Source: Candidatus Poseidoniaceae archaeon
Lineage (GTDB): Archaea; Thermoplasmatota; Poseidoniia; Poseidoniales; Poseidoniaceae
Assembly (NCBI GenBank): GCA_022451765.1
Contig: JAKUNY010000001.1
Span: forward strand, 1-26,739
Length of the DNA: 26,739 nt
Reading direction: 5' to 3'
Part shown: positions 1-7,507 of the stretch, in pieces
Layout: the number at the start of each line of letters is the position of its first letter
How positions within the stretch are numbered: the first letter of the stretch is position 1
Notes under the pieces: model-generated
What the model was told of the DNA's origin: nothing
Database searches by the model: none
What the model saw: only the letters and a program-made list of their open reading frames with translations
Position numbers and translations under genes: made by a program

Positions 1-180
1 TCGCCCCCAACTCAAACGACCCTTCCATGTCATGGTTGGAAGGCATCCATCCGGGTCCTCGAGGAGTTGACGTAATTGACGACGGATTCGCGTGGCTGTA
101 GCATCATTAGCATGCTTTGTCCCCCGCATACGCATCCTCTGTTTCTGGCCAGGGAAGGAAACTTGTGCTGGTCGTGCCAT
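1..180 (-). CDS. Hypothetical protein, N-terminal part only (runs off the window edge)
   Basis: Hand translation from ATG at 180 is open to base 1: MARPAQVSFPGQKQRMRMRGTKHANDATATRIRRQLRQLLEDPDGCLPTMTWKGRLSWGR. Protein-like composition; divergent from the 267 gene. Not in the ORF track. Confidence 0.55.
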   Translation of the reverse strand, partial: MARPAQVSFPGQKQRMRMRGTKHANDATATRIRRQLRQLLEDPDGCLPTMTWKGRLSWGR

Positions 181-266
181 AAGTCCGTCAACTCAATCCA
201 AACGGGCGTCTCGCTTGAGGTCTTCCCCCTGAATATGTCTATGATGCAGAACTGCCTGCTCTCATC

Positions 267-1106
267 ATGGCGGTCATCACGTTGCTTGGAATCGCCCAAG
301 ATGGTGGCCGCCCTCAGCCAGGATGTGTCCGCTCTTGCTGTGAAAATCTTGGAAACGAAGATCACCGAAGCCCTGTCGCGATGAGTATCCAAACAGATGG
401 AGGAAAGACACTCCTTGTCGAGGCGACGAGGGATTTAGGACGGCAACTTCGATTTATTGGAAACCCATCTGTTGATCATTTGATTCTGACCCATGCTCAC
501 CTCGGTCACGTGGATGGGCTCGGTCTGTTCGGCCGAGAAACCATGTCGGCTCGTAACATCCAACTTCATTGCAGTCCGTCCATGAAATCACTCGTCGAGA
601 TGACGCCAGCATGGAACCAGTTGCTGGAACAGAATGTGTTCCAGTTCGCTTCATTCCCTCGCATTGAAATCGACGATGTTGCAGTTGAGTTTCATCAGGT
701 CCCACATCGTGACGAGTTGTCGGATACGCATGCAATTGTTGTTCGTGGCGAGAACAAATCAATTCTCTTTTTGTCTGATCATGACACTTGGAAAGAGACA
801 CTTGATGCACACGGTTGCGTAACAATCCGTGAATTTCTTGCTAAACTCAATGTCGATATTGCATTGCTTGACGGAACATTCTGGTCAGGCGACGAACTGC
901 AGGGTCGCGACATGAATGTCGTCCCTCATCCTACCGTTCTGGAAACCCTGCAACGACTGGGCATGAAAAGAGAAGAAGATCCGCAAATTGTGTTCTTTCA
1001 TTTGAATCATACGAACCCATTGCACAATCTGGATTCGGAAGAATACAGGATTGTTACAGAGTTAGGATGGGACGTTGGCTTTGAAACCCAACAATTCATT
1101 CTTTGA
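267..1106 (+). CDS. Metallo-beta-lactamase-fold hydrolase, stand-alone PqqB-like family
   Basis: N-terminal LLGIAQDGGRPQPGC, THAHLGHVDGL metal motif, VPHRDE, LDGTFWS, VPHP, HLNHTNP; pattern of PqqB/PhnP-like MBL proteins. No other pqq genes in the window. Confidence 0.8.
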   Translation: MAVITLLGIAQDGGRPQPGCVRSCCENLGNEDHRSPVAMSIQTDGGKTLLVEATRDLGRQLRFIGNPSVDHLILTHAHLGHVDGLGLFGRETMSARNIQLHCSPSMKSLVEMTPAWNQLLEQNVFQFASFPRIEIDDVAVEFHQVPHRDELSDTHAIVVRGENKSILFLSDHDTWKETLDAHGCVTIREFLAKLNVDIALLDGTFWSGDELQGRDMNVVPHPTVLETLQRLGMKREEDPQIVFFHLNHTNPLHNLDSEEYRIVTELGWDVGFETQQFIL

Positions 1107-3159
1107 CTTCTGTAAGTGTATAGTCCAGTATGATCAGGGAAACAATCCAATCAACGGATTCATCCGAATCTCCGTTTTGACAGACTGGAGAACCTCCACT
1201 GTTGACCACAACACTGATTGTGAAATCGTAGGTTCCAATACCAGAATCTCCTCCTGTAAGTGATGCATCTATTTCCGATGACGAACTGTTGGTCGTACTT
1301 CCGACTAGGCTTTGGTTGATGAAGTACAACTCGGATTCGAGATTCTCTTGTACCCCGGAGTCTGAGACGTTAAAATCTTGAATTCCCCCCTCGTATCCGA
1401 CTTCATCATCCTCAGTATTCGCTAAGAAATTGCACGCTTGTTCGTTATCTGTGTGACTTGTTGCGATACGGAACCCAACGACGTTGAGACCGGAAACGTC
1501 AACAGCATCACTGGATGCTGAGATTTGAGCACTGTCTGTTATCACTTCTGTACCGGAACCGATTTCCAGAAGAGTGAAATTCCCATCAATTTGATACATT
1601 GCAACCATGTTTGCATCAGAATCTTCGCTTGAATCTGGACCATAGACAGCATACGCCCCCTCAGCAACGCCAAGGAAACACAGTGCGATGACACCAACGG
1701 TAGCGAACAGGTCTCTATGTTCCGGTGAAATCTCAAATCGACCCAGTGGATTTGAGGCCGAATCATCTCGAACGGCGCACATAATGAAGTGAGCAATGAA
1801 TGCAGAACCGACCCCTGGAACTGAAGGGAAGACATCGTCACCAAGCCCGAGAAGGGTCCAGACAATGACTCCAGAGAAAGCAGAAATCATCATGACGATT
1901 GAATGGAACGTGTCAGGCTTGTACCCCATCCACCGAATGATGAGAAGAGGAACAAAGATTCCACCTAGACCGTACCCGGCAAGAACCACTAGAGCAAATA
2001 CAGAGTCACCTCCGGGAACATAAAGTCCTGCAATAGAGATCATTGTTGCAGCAGCTGCAACGTACAATGTGACGATCTTCGTTGTTTTGTGATTTTCTCG
2101 CCATTCTGGTTTGATGTCATCCGTTATCGCTGCAGTACAGGCAAGAACCTGACTATCAGCCGTTGACATGGTAGCAGCAAAGATTGACGCAAGAATCATC
2201 CCAACTCCAAGCGCAGGAAGTGTGTCCATTGCAAGTGCCGGTAACCCAAGTTCCGCATCAAAATCACCTTCCGTGAACAAGACTCGACTGGCCAGTCCAA
2301 CGATAAACATCAATGCAATGAACGGCGTTTGCCAGACGAAAAACCAGATCATGGCCTGTTTTCTGTCTTCATCAGAGTTGAGGGTCATGACCCGAGATAC
2401 GACTTGTGGCTGCCCTGCAACACCGAGCCCTCCTAAGAAGAAGGCTAACAGGTAAAGCGAAATTCCCAGGGAAATATCGGTTGGAAGGAAATTGACAAGT
2501 GTTGTGCTTTGGGATTCCAGTTCACTATGCATTCCAGAAAAGCCTCCAACGTTGCCAAGAGCAACCCAGCATAGAATGACTGAACCGATGATCATGACAC
2601 AGGATTGTGCAGCATCGGTCCAAATCGAGGCCCGAATACCGCCTGCATAGCAGTAAGCGACGACAAGAACGAACCCAATCAGAATACCGACCAATTCTGG
2701 CCATCCGAGCATAACGAAAAGCGCTTTTCCGCCAGCCGTTAGTTGGGCAGCAGCATAAATCGACAAGAAAAACACTGATAGAACAGCGGCTAATTTTGCC
2801 TCGGGCGCTCCCGCTTTCTCAGCTACCAATGAGGAAAGGGAGCGAAGACCACGCTCATTTCCTTCTTTTTGTATGAACTTGTACAACCAAGCCCATGCGA
2901 CCAGTTGCCCGATAGTGGATATGACACCAATCCAGATAGCAGAATATCCCATTAGGTAGATGAATCCAATGAAACCGATGAACATGTAACCAGAATTCCA
3001 CGTGCTCACTGCAGAAAGGGCTGCGAGCGCAGGATGCATTCCTCGGCCGGCGACGAGATAATCATCCGTCGTATCTTGTTTGACGCGCATGCTCGCCAAT
3101 CCAACACCGGCAAAAAAGCCAAGAAAAAGCAAGAACGAAAGAAGAATCCCAGTGTCCAT
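1096..3159 (-). CDS. putP: Sodium:proline symporter (SSS family, PutP-like) with an extra TM helix and C-terminal soluble domain
   Basis: DDYLVAGR, ALSAVSTWNSGYMFIG, YCYAGGIRASIWTD, GQPQVVSRVM, AATMSTADSQVL match PutP signatures; about 13-14 hydrophobic segments. Substrate assignment is by family only. Confidence 0.85.
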   Translation of the reverse strand: MDTGILLSFLLFLGFFAGVGLASMRVKQDTTDDYLVAGRGMHPALAALSAVSTWNSGYMFIGFIGFIYLMGYSAIWIGVISTIGQLVAWAWLYKFIQKEGNERGLRSLSSLVAEKAGAPEAKLAAVLSVFFLSIYAAAQLTAGGKALFVMLGWPELVGILIGFVLVVAYCYAGGIRASIWTDAAQSCVMIIGSVILCWVALGNVGGFSGMHSELESQSTTLVNFLPTDISLGISLYLLAFFLGGLGVAGQPQVVSRVMTLNSDEDRKQAMIWFFVWQTPFIALMFIVGLASRVLFTEGDFDAELGLPALAMDTLPALGVGMILASIFAATMSTADSQVLACTAAITDDIKPEWRENHKTTKIVTLYVAAAATMISIAGLYVPGGDSVFALVVLAGYGLGGIFVPLLIIRWMGYKPDTFHSIVMMISAFSGVIVWTLLGLGDDVFPSVPGVGSAFIAHFIMCAVRDDSASNPLGRFEISPEHRDLFATVGVIALCFLGVAEGAYAVYGPDSSEDSDANMVAMYQIDGNFTLLEIGSGTEVITDSAQISASSDAVDVSGLNVVGFRIATSHTDNEQACNFLANTEDDEVGYEGGIQDFNVSDSGVQENLESELYFINQSLVGSTTNSSSSEIDASLTGGDSGIGTYDFTISVVVNSGGSPVCQNGDSDESVDWIVSLIILDYTLTEVKE

Positions 3160-3163
3160 TGTG

Positions 3164-3982
3164 TCACTTCCAGCGGTTGATGGCTTCCTGCTCCATCTCC
3201 GATGTGTTGGCTAAGAAGACCATGCAATTCAATCTCCCGCCTGGAACTTCCCTCAGATTTCGAATTCTTGTCGTCTTCATCAATTCGTCGTCTGTTCCTA
3301 AATCACTGCAAAGGACACACATGGAATCGAAAACAGACCCCGCTTGTTCCTTAATTGCATCATCAACAACCGAATCATGTAATTTTGCAACCATTTTCTC
3401 AATGCTTGTAAGTGCATCAGAGGGTTGCATTGGACGTTGGTCTCCTGTCCCTGCTCCCGTTGGGTCGAGGTCAAACAGCACTAAGGTATGCAGACCCTGC
3501 ATCTGATTTCTTAACATCACTTCTAAGGGAGATGTAACAATCCATTCACCGTAAGGGTATGTGAGTGTCGGTGGCCGCCCAAATTTATAATCCGATAGGC
3601 CCGTCGAGCCTGGGACAAGCGTTGTCACAGAGATACCATGAATGACACGAAAAGGAAGCCCCTCTTTTTCAGCCCGTAGTTGGAAATCGATGTGGGTGGT
3701 CGCTTGCATTGGATCTCCAACAACCAGGATTGCAACTGACGTTGTCCGGGCTCGCTGAAAAAGATCCTCAGGCCGTTCTAGTGCGGGCCTCATGACTCTC
3801 TCAATCGGGCCAACCATTGCCTCCAGTTTTTCCAGTTCTGATTCAGGCCACAGGGCAGTGTATGCTTCGTAAAGACGAACATCCGAATTCTTTGCAGTCT
3901 CAATCGCTTCGATGGTCATGGACTCGACTTTTCCTGGACCGATTCCAATGAGGGAAAAGCCGGTTTCGTTGCCATTTTCCAT
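3164..3982 (-). CDS. dph5: Diphthine synthase (tetrapyrrole-methylase fold)
   Basis: LIGIGPG, LYEAYTA, LVVGDPMQATTH, VIHGIS, GLSDYKFGRPPTL, GLHTLVLFDL. The ATG start at 3982 is preferred over the track's TTG at 3988. Confidence 0.92.
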   Translation of the reverse strand: MENGNETGFSLIGIGPGKVESMTIEAIETAKNSDVRLYEAYTALWPESELEKLEAMVGPIERVMRPALERPEDLFQRARTTSVAILVVGDPMQATTHIDFQLRAEKEGLPFRVIHGISVTTLVPGSTGLSDYKFGRPPTLTYPYGEWIVTSPLEVMLRNQMQGLHTLVLFDLDPTGAGTGDQRPMQPSDALTSIEKMVAKLHDSVVDDAIKEQAGSVFDSMCVLCSDLGTDDELMKTTRIRNLREVPGGRLNCMVFLANTSEMEQEAINRWK

Positions 3983-4019
3983 CCTCAAACCTCATACTTG
4001 CGATGGTTGTCCGAGAACC

Positions 4020-5111
4020 ATGCGTCATTTGAGGGTGCCGAGTGCTCAGACGTCACATTGGATTCGGTACTGTAAATCAAATGGCTGGTACGAGACGGGC
4101 CATCGTGTTCAACAGATAGAAGGCGAGAGCGCAATCCCTCTAAATGAACAAGCTCCGGATGAAAGCCATACTGCTTGGGATGGCAATCCGATGATTGAAC
4201 TTGAATCGGGTGAACAGAAAACTCGGTACTATTGGGAACATATTCCAAATGAGATTCGCGTCGCATTTGATGACCAATTTCCTCAGGCGTTTGAAACACA
4301 AGGTGACATTTTGCTGGTCAAAATTCCTGATGAGATGGTTGAAATTGAAGACGAGATTGCAGCCGCAATGCTGAAGCAATTTCCATCCGTACGAATCGTC
4401 TGTCACGACAACGGAGTCGAAGGCGAATTCAGAGTCCGAAATTTACGTGTCCTCGAATCACGTGACAACAACTCTTCGACGCAGACTATGTATCGTGAGC
4501 ATGGACACGAATTTGCCATTGATCCTGCAGTAGCATACTTTTCTGGGCGTCTAAGCACCCAACGGATGAAATCCTTTGAGGCGATCTCGTCTTTCGCTGA
4601 GCGCAAAGACCGACCACTCGTCGTAGTTGACCCATATGCTGGCGTTGGACCTTCAATGGCGTTGTCGTATACCACGCCTGGCCTCATTTCCACAGCATAT
4701 CTGAACGACATCAACCCTGATGCAGCCAACCTTCTCAAACTGAATATGGAACGGTTCCAACGGAATCGAAAGACTGATGGAACCTATGTGAGTGATTGCA
4801 TGGAGGCAAGAAATCTCGTCAATGCGAGGCCTGAAATGAAGGGTTGTGCGGATGTACTTTTGTTGAATCTGCCTCACGACGGCATTGCTCATCTCATACA
4901 CCTGCACCCTCTCTTGTCTCATGAGATCTCGCTCATTTGCGGATGGACCATACAAGAAAAGCAAGCGAATATATTCGAGCAACTGCAAACCATCATCGAA
5001 ACGACAGGCAGGACAATGATTGAGCATCATATTGAGGAAGTGAAGGGATTTTCAACCTCAAAAGCCATGTTCCGCTATGAATTGATTTTATCGAAGGGTG
5101 AGAAGCGTTGA
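4020..5111 (+). CDS. trm5: tRNA (guanine37-N1)-methyltransferase, Trm5/Met-10+ family
   Basis: FETQGDILLVKIP, GVEGEFRVRNL, REHGHEFAID..YFSGRLSTQR, SAM motif VVDPYAGVGP, DINP, LLNLPH. Start moved to ATG 4020 because the track start (3912) overlaps dph5. The Trm5a/b/c subtype cannot be resolved by eye. Confidence 0.82.
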   Translation: MRHLRVPSAQTSHWIRYCKSNGWYETGHRVQQIEGESAIPLNEQAPDESHTAWDGNPMIELESGEQKTRYYWEHIPNEIRVAFDDQFPQAFETQGDILLVKIPDEMVEIEDEIAAAMLKQFPSVRIVCHDNGVEGEFRVRNLRVLESRDNNSSTQTMYREHGHEFAIDPAVAYFSGRLSTQRMKSFEAISSFAERKDRPLVVVDPYAGVGPSMALSYTTPGLISTAYLNDINPDAANLLKLNMERFQRNRKTDGTYVSDCMEARNLVNARPEMKGCADVLLLNLPHDGIAHLIHLHPLLSHEISLICGWTIQEKQANIFEQLQTIIETTGRTMIEHHIEEVKGFSTSKAMFRYELILSKGEKR

Positions 5112-5141
5112 TTTCATGAACATCCTATTGCTAGGTTAGCC

Positions 5142-5291
5142 ATGCGCAACATTATCCAATGCTCCGGATGTGGAGCTAGCATCGACATAGCAGGGGCGAC
5201 ACCGCGAATCGATGGAATCAAAGTGTGGTGCAGGGTTTGTGGAACTGTAACAGTTCATTTCAGAGATGGTGGCGCCCGCTCCGGGAATTGA
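5142..5291 (+). CDS. Small zinc-ribbon protein (49 aa, CxxC-x19-CxxC)
   Basis: Hand translation: MRNIIQCSGCGASIDIAGATPRIDGIKVWCRVCGTVTVHFRDGGARSGN*. Two CxxCG knuckles; starts 30 nt after the trm5 stop. The last 22 nt overlap tRNA-Asp on the opposite strand. Confidence 0.6.
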   Translation: MRNIIQCSGCGASIDIAGATPRIDGIKVWCRVCGTVTVHFRDGGARSGN

Positions 5292-5344
5292 ACCCGGGTC
5301 GCAGGAATGACAATCCTGCATGATAACCTCTACACCAAGCGGGC
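5270..5344 (-). tRNA. tRNA-Asp (GUC), no intron, CCA encoded
   Basis: Reverse complement GCCCGCTTGGTGTAGAGGTTATCATGCAGGATTGTCATTCCTGCGACCCGGGTTCAATTCCCGGAGCGGGCGCCA: 7-bp acceptor stem, CAGGA/TCCTG anticodon stem with GTC, GGTTCAATTCC T-loop, G73 discriminator. Confidence 0.97.
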
Positions 5345-5371
5345 CGTAGGCATCTTGCCGTAACGGAACCG

Positions 5372-5380
5372 CTATTTAAG
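5372..5380. promoter_or_regulatory. Putative TATA box between divergent tRNA-Asp and the 5411 gene
   Basis: CTATTTAAG (TTAAATAG on the minus strand) is the only AT-rich element in the 66-bp gap; about 28 nt from the tRNA 5' end and about 30 nt from ATG 5411. Confidence 0.55.
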
Positions 5381-5410
5381 CCGCGAGGTATCGCATAGTC
5401 AGGGACGACC

Positions 5411-6829
5411 ATGGCGGCAAAGAAAACCTCTGCAGAACAGGCACGAGAAAAAGCAGAAGAGGCCGCTTTGGGCTCAATGCTCGACGGTGCATTTGGTGCT
5501 ATGGAGGGCATTGAAACTCCACCATCAGACGCTGGACCATCAGGCCCGCCTCCCGGTCCAACTGGACCGCCACCAGAAAGTACAACGAAACCACCCTCTG
5601 GGCCCCCTGGTGGACCTCCTAGCGGACCTCCAACCGGACCCCCCAGTGGACCTCCAACTGGACCTCCAACTGGACCTCCTTGTGGGCCCCCTGGCGGACC
5701 GCCGGGGAGACCTCCATCAGGCCCTCCATCTGAACCTCCGCAAGAGGAAGAGGAACCTGCCCCAGAATCGGATTCCACAGAGGAGGTTCCTCCAATGGAT
5801 GTTGAACAACCCGAACCGCTTCCAGAGGAAGGAGAGACAGTGTCAGAAGAATCAGAAGCCTCAGGAGAAAAGGAGGAGATGGCTAGCAAAAAAGCACCCG
5901 AAATTGAGGGTGAACCGACTCCAGAGAAATCAGAAGCCGCGCCTGAGGAAACGGTAACTGAAGAATCACCTGCCGAGGAAGCAGAGGCACCTGAACCCAC
6001 AAAAGCCGAAGTGGCAGAAGATGGTACAATTTCTCCAGAAGCAGAAGTTGTAGCGGCTGAACCAAAAGAAACCACCAAAGAAGATCCCCCGATCGATGCG
6101 GAAAGAGAAATGGAAATCGCTCGCCTTACAGCTGAAATTGAACGTCTCCGTGGTAGCCTCGTCGGTGCTGCTGAAGTCATCGAAGAAATCGAAGAAACAC
6201 CGATGCCACCAGTTGTTCTCGACAACATCGTTGTTCCCCCGCACATCGTCGCGGATTTCGCTCGAATGGGGCGTCAACTCAGTAGAGAATCGTTGGTCAA
6301 AGGCACCATGGGCGCAATATCGATGCTCCACCCGGACGAACCCGGTCTGATGATCAGTACTCGTCACTCGACAATGCTATCTCGTTTGGACGAACGCGGT
6401 ATTGTAGGAGGACGTCTCGGTGGAAATCCACCGCGCGGCTCCATCGGCGATTGGAAAGTTCACGAGGTCCTCCTCGCATCCGTCGCTCTTGTTACGGGAG
6501 GGCCAGCAGCTTGCATTCACATGCAGGGCCCATACACGACGGCTGCAAGTTGTGAAAAGGACCTAATCCTCGTCCAACCGATCGATGTTCTCGGGAAAGA
6601 ACACATCGGTAAAGTTGTCATCGTAGATCCGGACGATGACGCACAAGAAGAATTCCTTCGCCAAGTTGCTGAAGCGCTACAGCAGGGTGGAATGCGCTGT
6701 GTTGTCGTTCGAGGACATGGAGCATACACTGTTGGAGCCACCCTCGATCAGGCGATGGCGAATGCAGCCATGCTTGAACACTCGATGCAAGTTCTACTAC
6801 TCGCTCGACAAGCGAACCTCAAGATCTAG
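5411..6829 (+). CDS. Class II aldolase/adducin-family domain protein with a long Pro/Gly-rich and acidic N-terminal region
   Basis: C-terminal ~190 aa: GTMGAISM, PRGSIGDWKVH, ACIHMQGPYTTA, VVVRGHGAYTVGATLDQA..LEHS (FucA-like). aa 1-230 are low complexity; a short coiled coil sits at about aa 229-252. Confidence 0.8.
   Translation: MAAKKTSAEQAREKAEEAALGSMLDGAFGAMEGIETPPSDAGPSGPPPGPTGPPPESTTKPPSGPPGGPPSGPPTGPPSGPPTGPPTGPPCGPPGGPPGRPPSGPPSEPPQEEEEPAPESDSTEEVPPMDVEQPEPLPEEGETVSEESEASGEKEEMASKKAPEIEGEPTPEKSEAAPEETVTEESPAEEAEAPEPTKAEVAEDGTISPEAEVVAAEPKETTKEDPPIDAEREMEIARLTAEIERLRGSLVGAAEVIEEIEETPMPPVVLDNIVVPPHIVADFARMGRQLSRESLVKGTMGAISMLHPDEPGLMISTRHSTMLSRLDERGIVGGRLGGNPPRGSIGDWKVHEVLLASVALVTGGPAACIHMQGPYTTAASCEKDLILVQPIDVLGKEHIGKVVIVDPDDDAQEEFLRQVAEALQQGGMRCVVVRGHGAYTVGATLDQAMANAAMLEHSMQVLLLARQANLKI
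5591..5740 (+). repeat. Coding tandem repeat: 12 PPxG-type tetrapeptides (12-bp period)
   Basis: PPSG PPGG PPSG PPTG PPSG PPTG PPTG PPCG PPGG PPGR PPSG PPSE PP; exact GGACCTCCAACT twice at 5648-5671. Confidence 0.9.
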
Positions 6830-7419
6830 GCATCTCGTGCTTGACGACAGACTTCGACGAAGTTTTCGAACATCTCTTTTCCAAATTCTGAATCGTTGAC
6901 CTCTGGATGGAATTGCAAACCAAACCGATCCCCTGCAATATTTTCCATACCTTGGATGCTGCAGGACGGGCTGCTTGCGGTAACAAAGAAACCATCCGGG
7001 ACGAGATGAACTTCGTCGTTGTGTGATTCCCAAACAGTTTGTTTTTGCGATGTCCCAGCGAAGATTTTACCACCGCCATCGTGAAGTTCAATGTCCATCG
7101 CTCCAAATTCAGGAATCGGCGACTCACGAGCGTCACCTCCGTAAAATCGAGCCATGAATTGATGTCCTGCGCAAATTCCGAGAATTGGAATATCAAGCTT
7201 GAGGAATTCAGCACAATTCCCCAATTCTCCTGACAGACCGATTCGAGCAGCACCTCCTGAAAGGATGAGTCCATCCAACGCTCGAAGTTGACTGACAGGG
7301 GTGTCGTTTGGGATGATTTGTGTATCGACTTTAAGATACTTCAACATCCTCCATTCACGATGAGTCCATTGCCCGCCGTTGTCAACAACGTCAATGACAA
7401 GAGGTGCATCTTCGCCCAT
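6826..7419 (-). CDS. guaA: GMP synthase glutamine amidotransferase subunit A
   Basis: VVDNGGQWTHR, LILSGG, PILGICAGHQ (catalytic Cys), WESHNDEV, GLQFHPEV (His-Glu). Stand-alone GATase as in archaeal split GMP synthase. ATG 7419 (MGEDAPL) preferred over the track start. Confidence 0.88.
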   Translation of the reverse strand: MGEDAPLVIDVVDNGGQWTHREWRMLKYLKVDTQIIPNDTPVSQLRALDGLILSGGAARIGLSGELGNCAEFLKLDIPILGICAGHQFMARFYGGDARESPIPEFGAMDIELHDGGGKIFAGTSQKQTVWESHNDEVHLVPDGFFVTASSPSCSIQGMENIAGDRFGLQFHPEVNDSEFGKEMFENFVEVCRQARDA

Positions 7420-7467
7420 GAATTCCCATGTTCCGAGAACATCCTTGAACATGCCGAATATCGCGCG

Positions 7468-7476
7468 TTCATATAC
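7468..7476 (+). promoter_or_regulatory. Putative TATA box for the tandem ubiquitin-like gene
   Basis: TTCATATAC about 32 nt upstream of ATG 7508; purine-rich GAGGTTGCGAGG at 7489-7500. Confidence 0.4.
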
Positions 7477-7507
7477 TCTGGAGATTCAGAGGTTGCGAGG
7501 AACAACA

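Noticed and set aside
30-392. Track ORFs 30..392 (-) and 76..384 (+)
   Set aside because: They overlap the 267 gene and the better 1..180 frame; no recognisable motifs.
267-1106. PQQ biosynthesis locus
   Set aside because: Only a PqqB-like MBL protein is present; no pqqA/C/D/E.
5267-5272. Genomic CCACCA at the tRNA-Asp 3' end (the degradation-tag sequence)
   Set aside because: The second CCA lies in the trailer and is also codon sequence of the antisense ORF; a chance triplet is sufficient.
5260-6246. 328-aa minus-strand ORF
   Set aside because: Antisense shadow of the Pro/Glu low-complexity gene (Ser/Gly-rich) and it runs through tRNA-Asp.
6826-6829. Convergent stop-codon overlaps (also 1096..1106)
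   Set aside because: Ordinary for a compact genome; no evidence of function.
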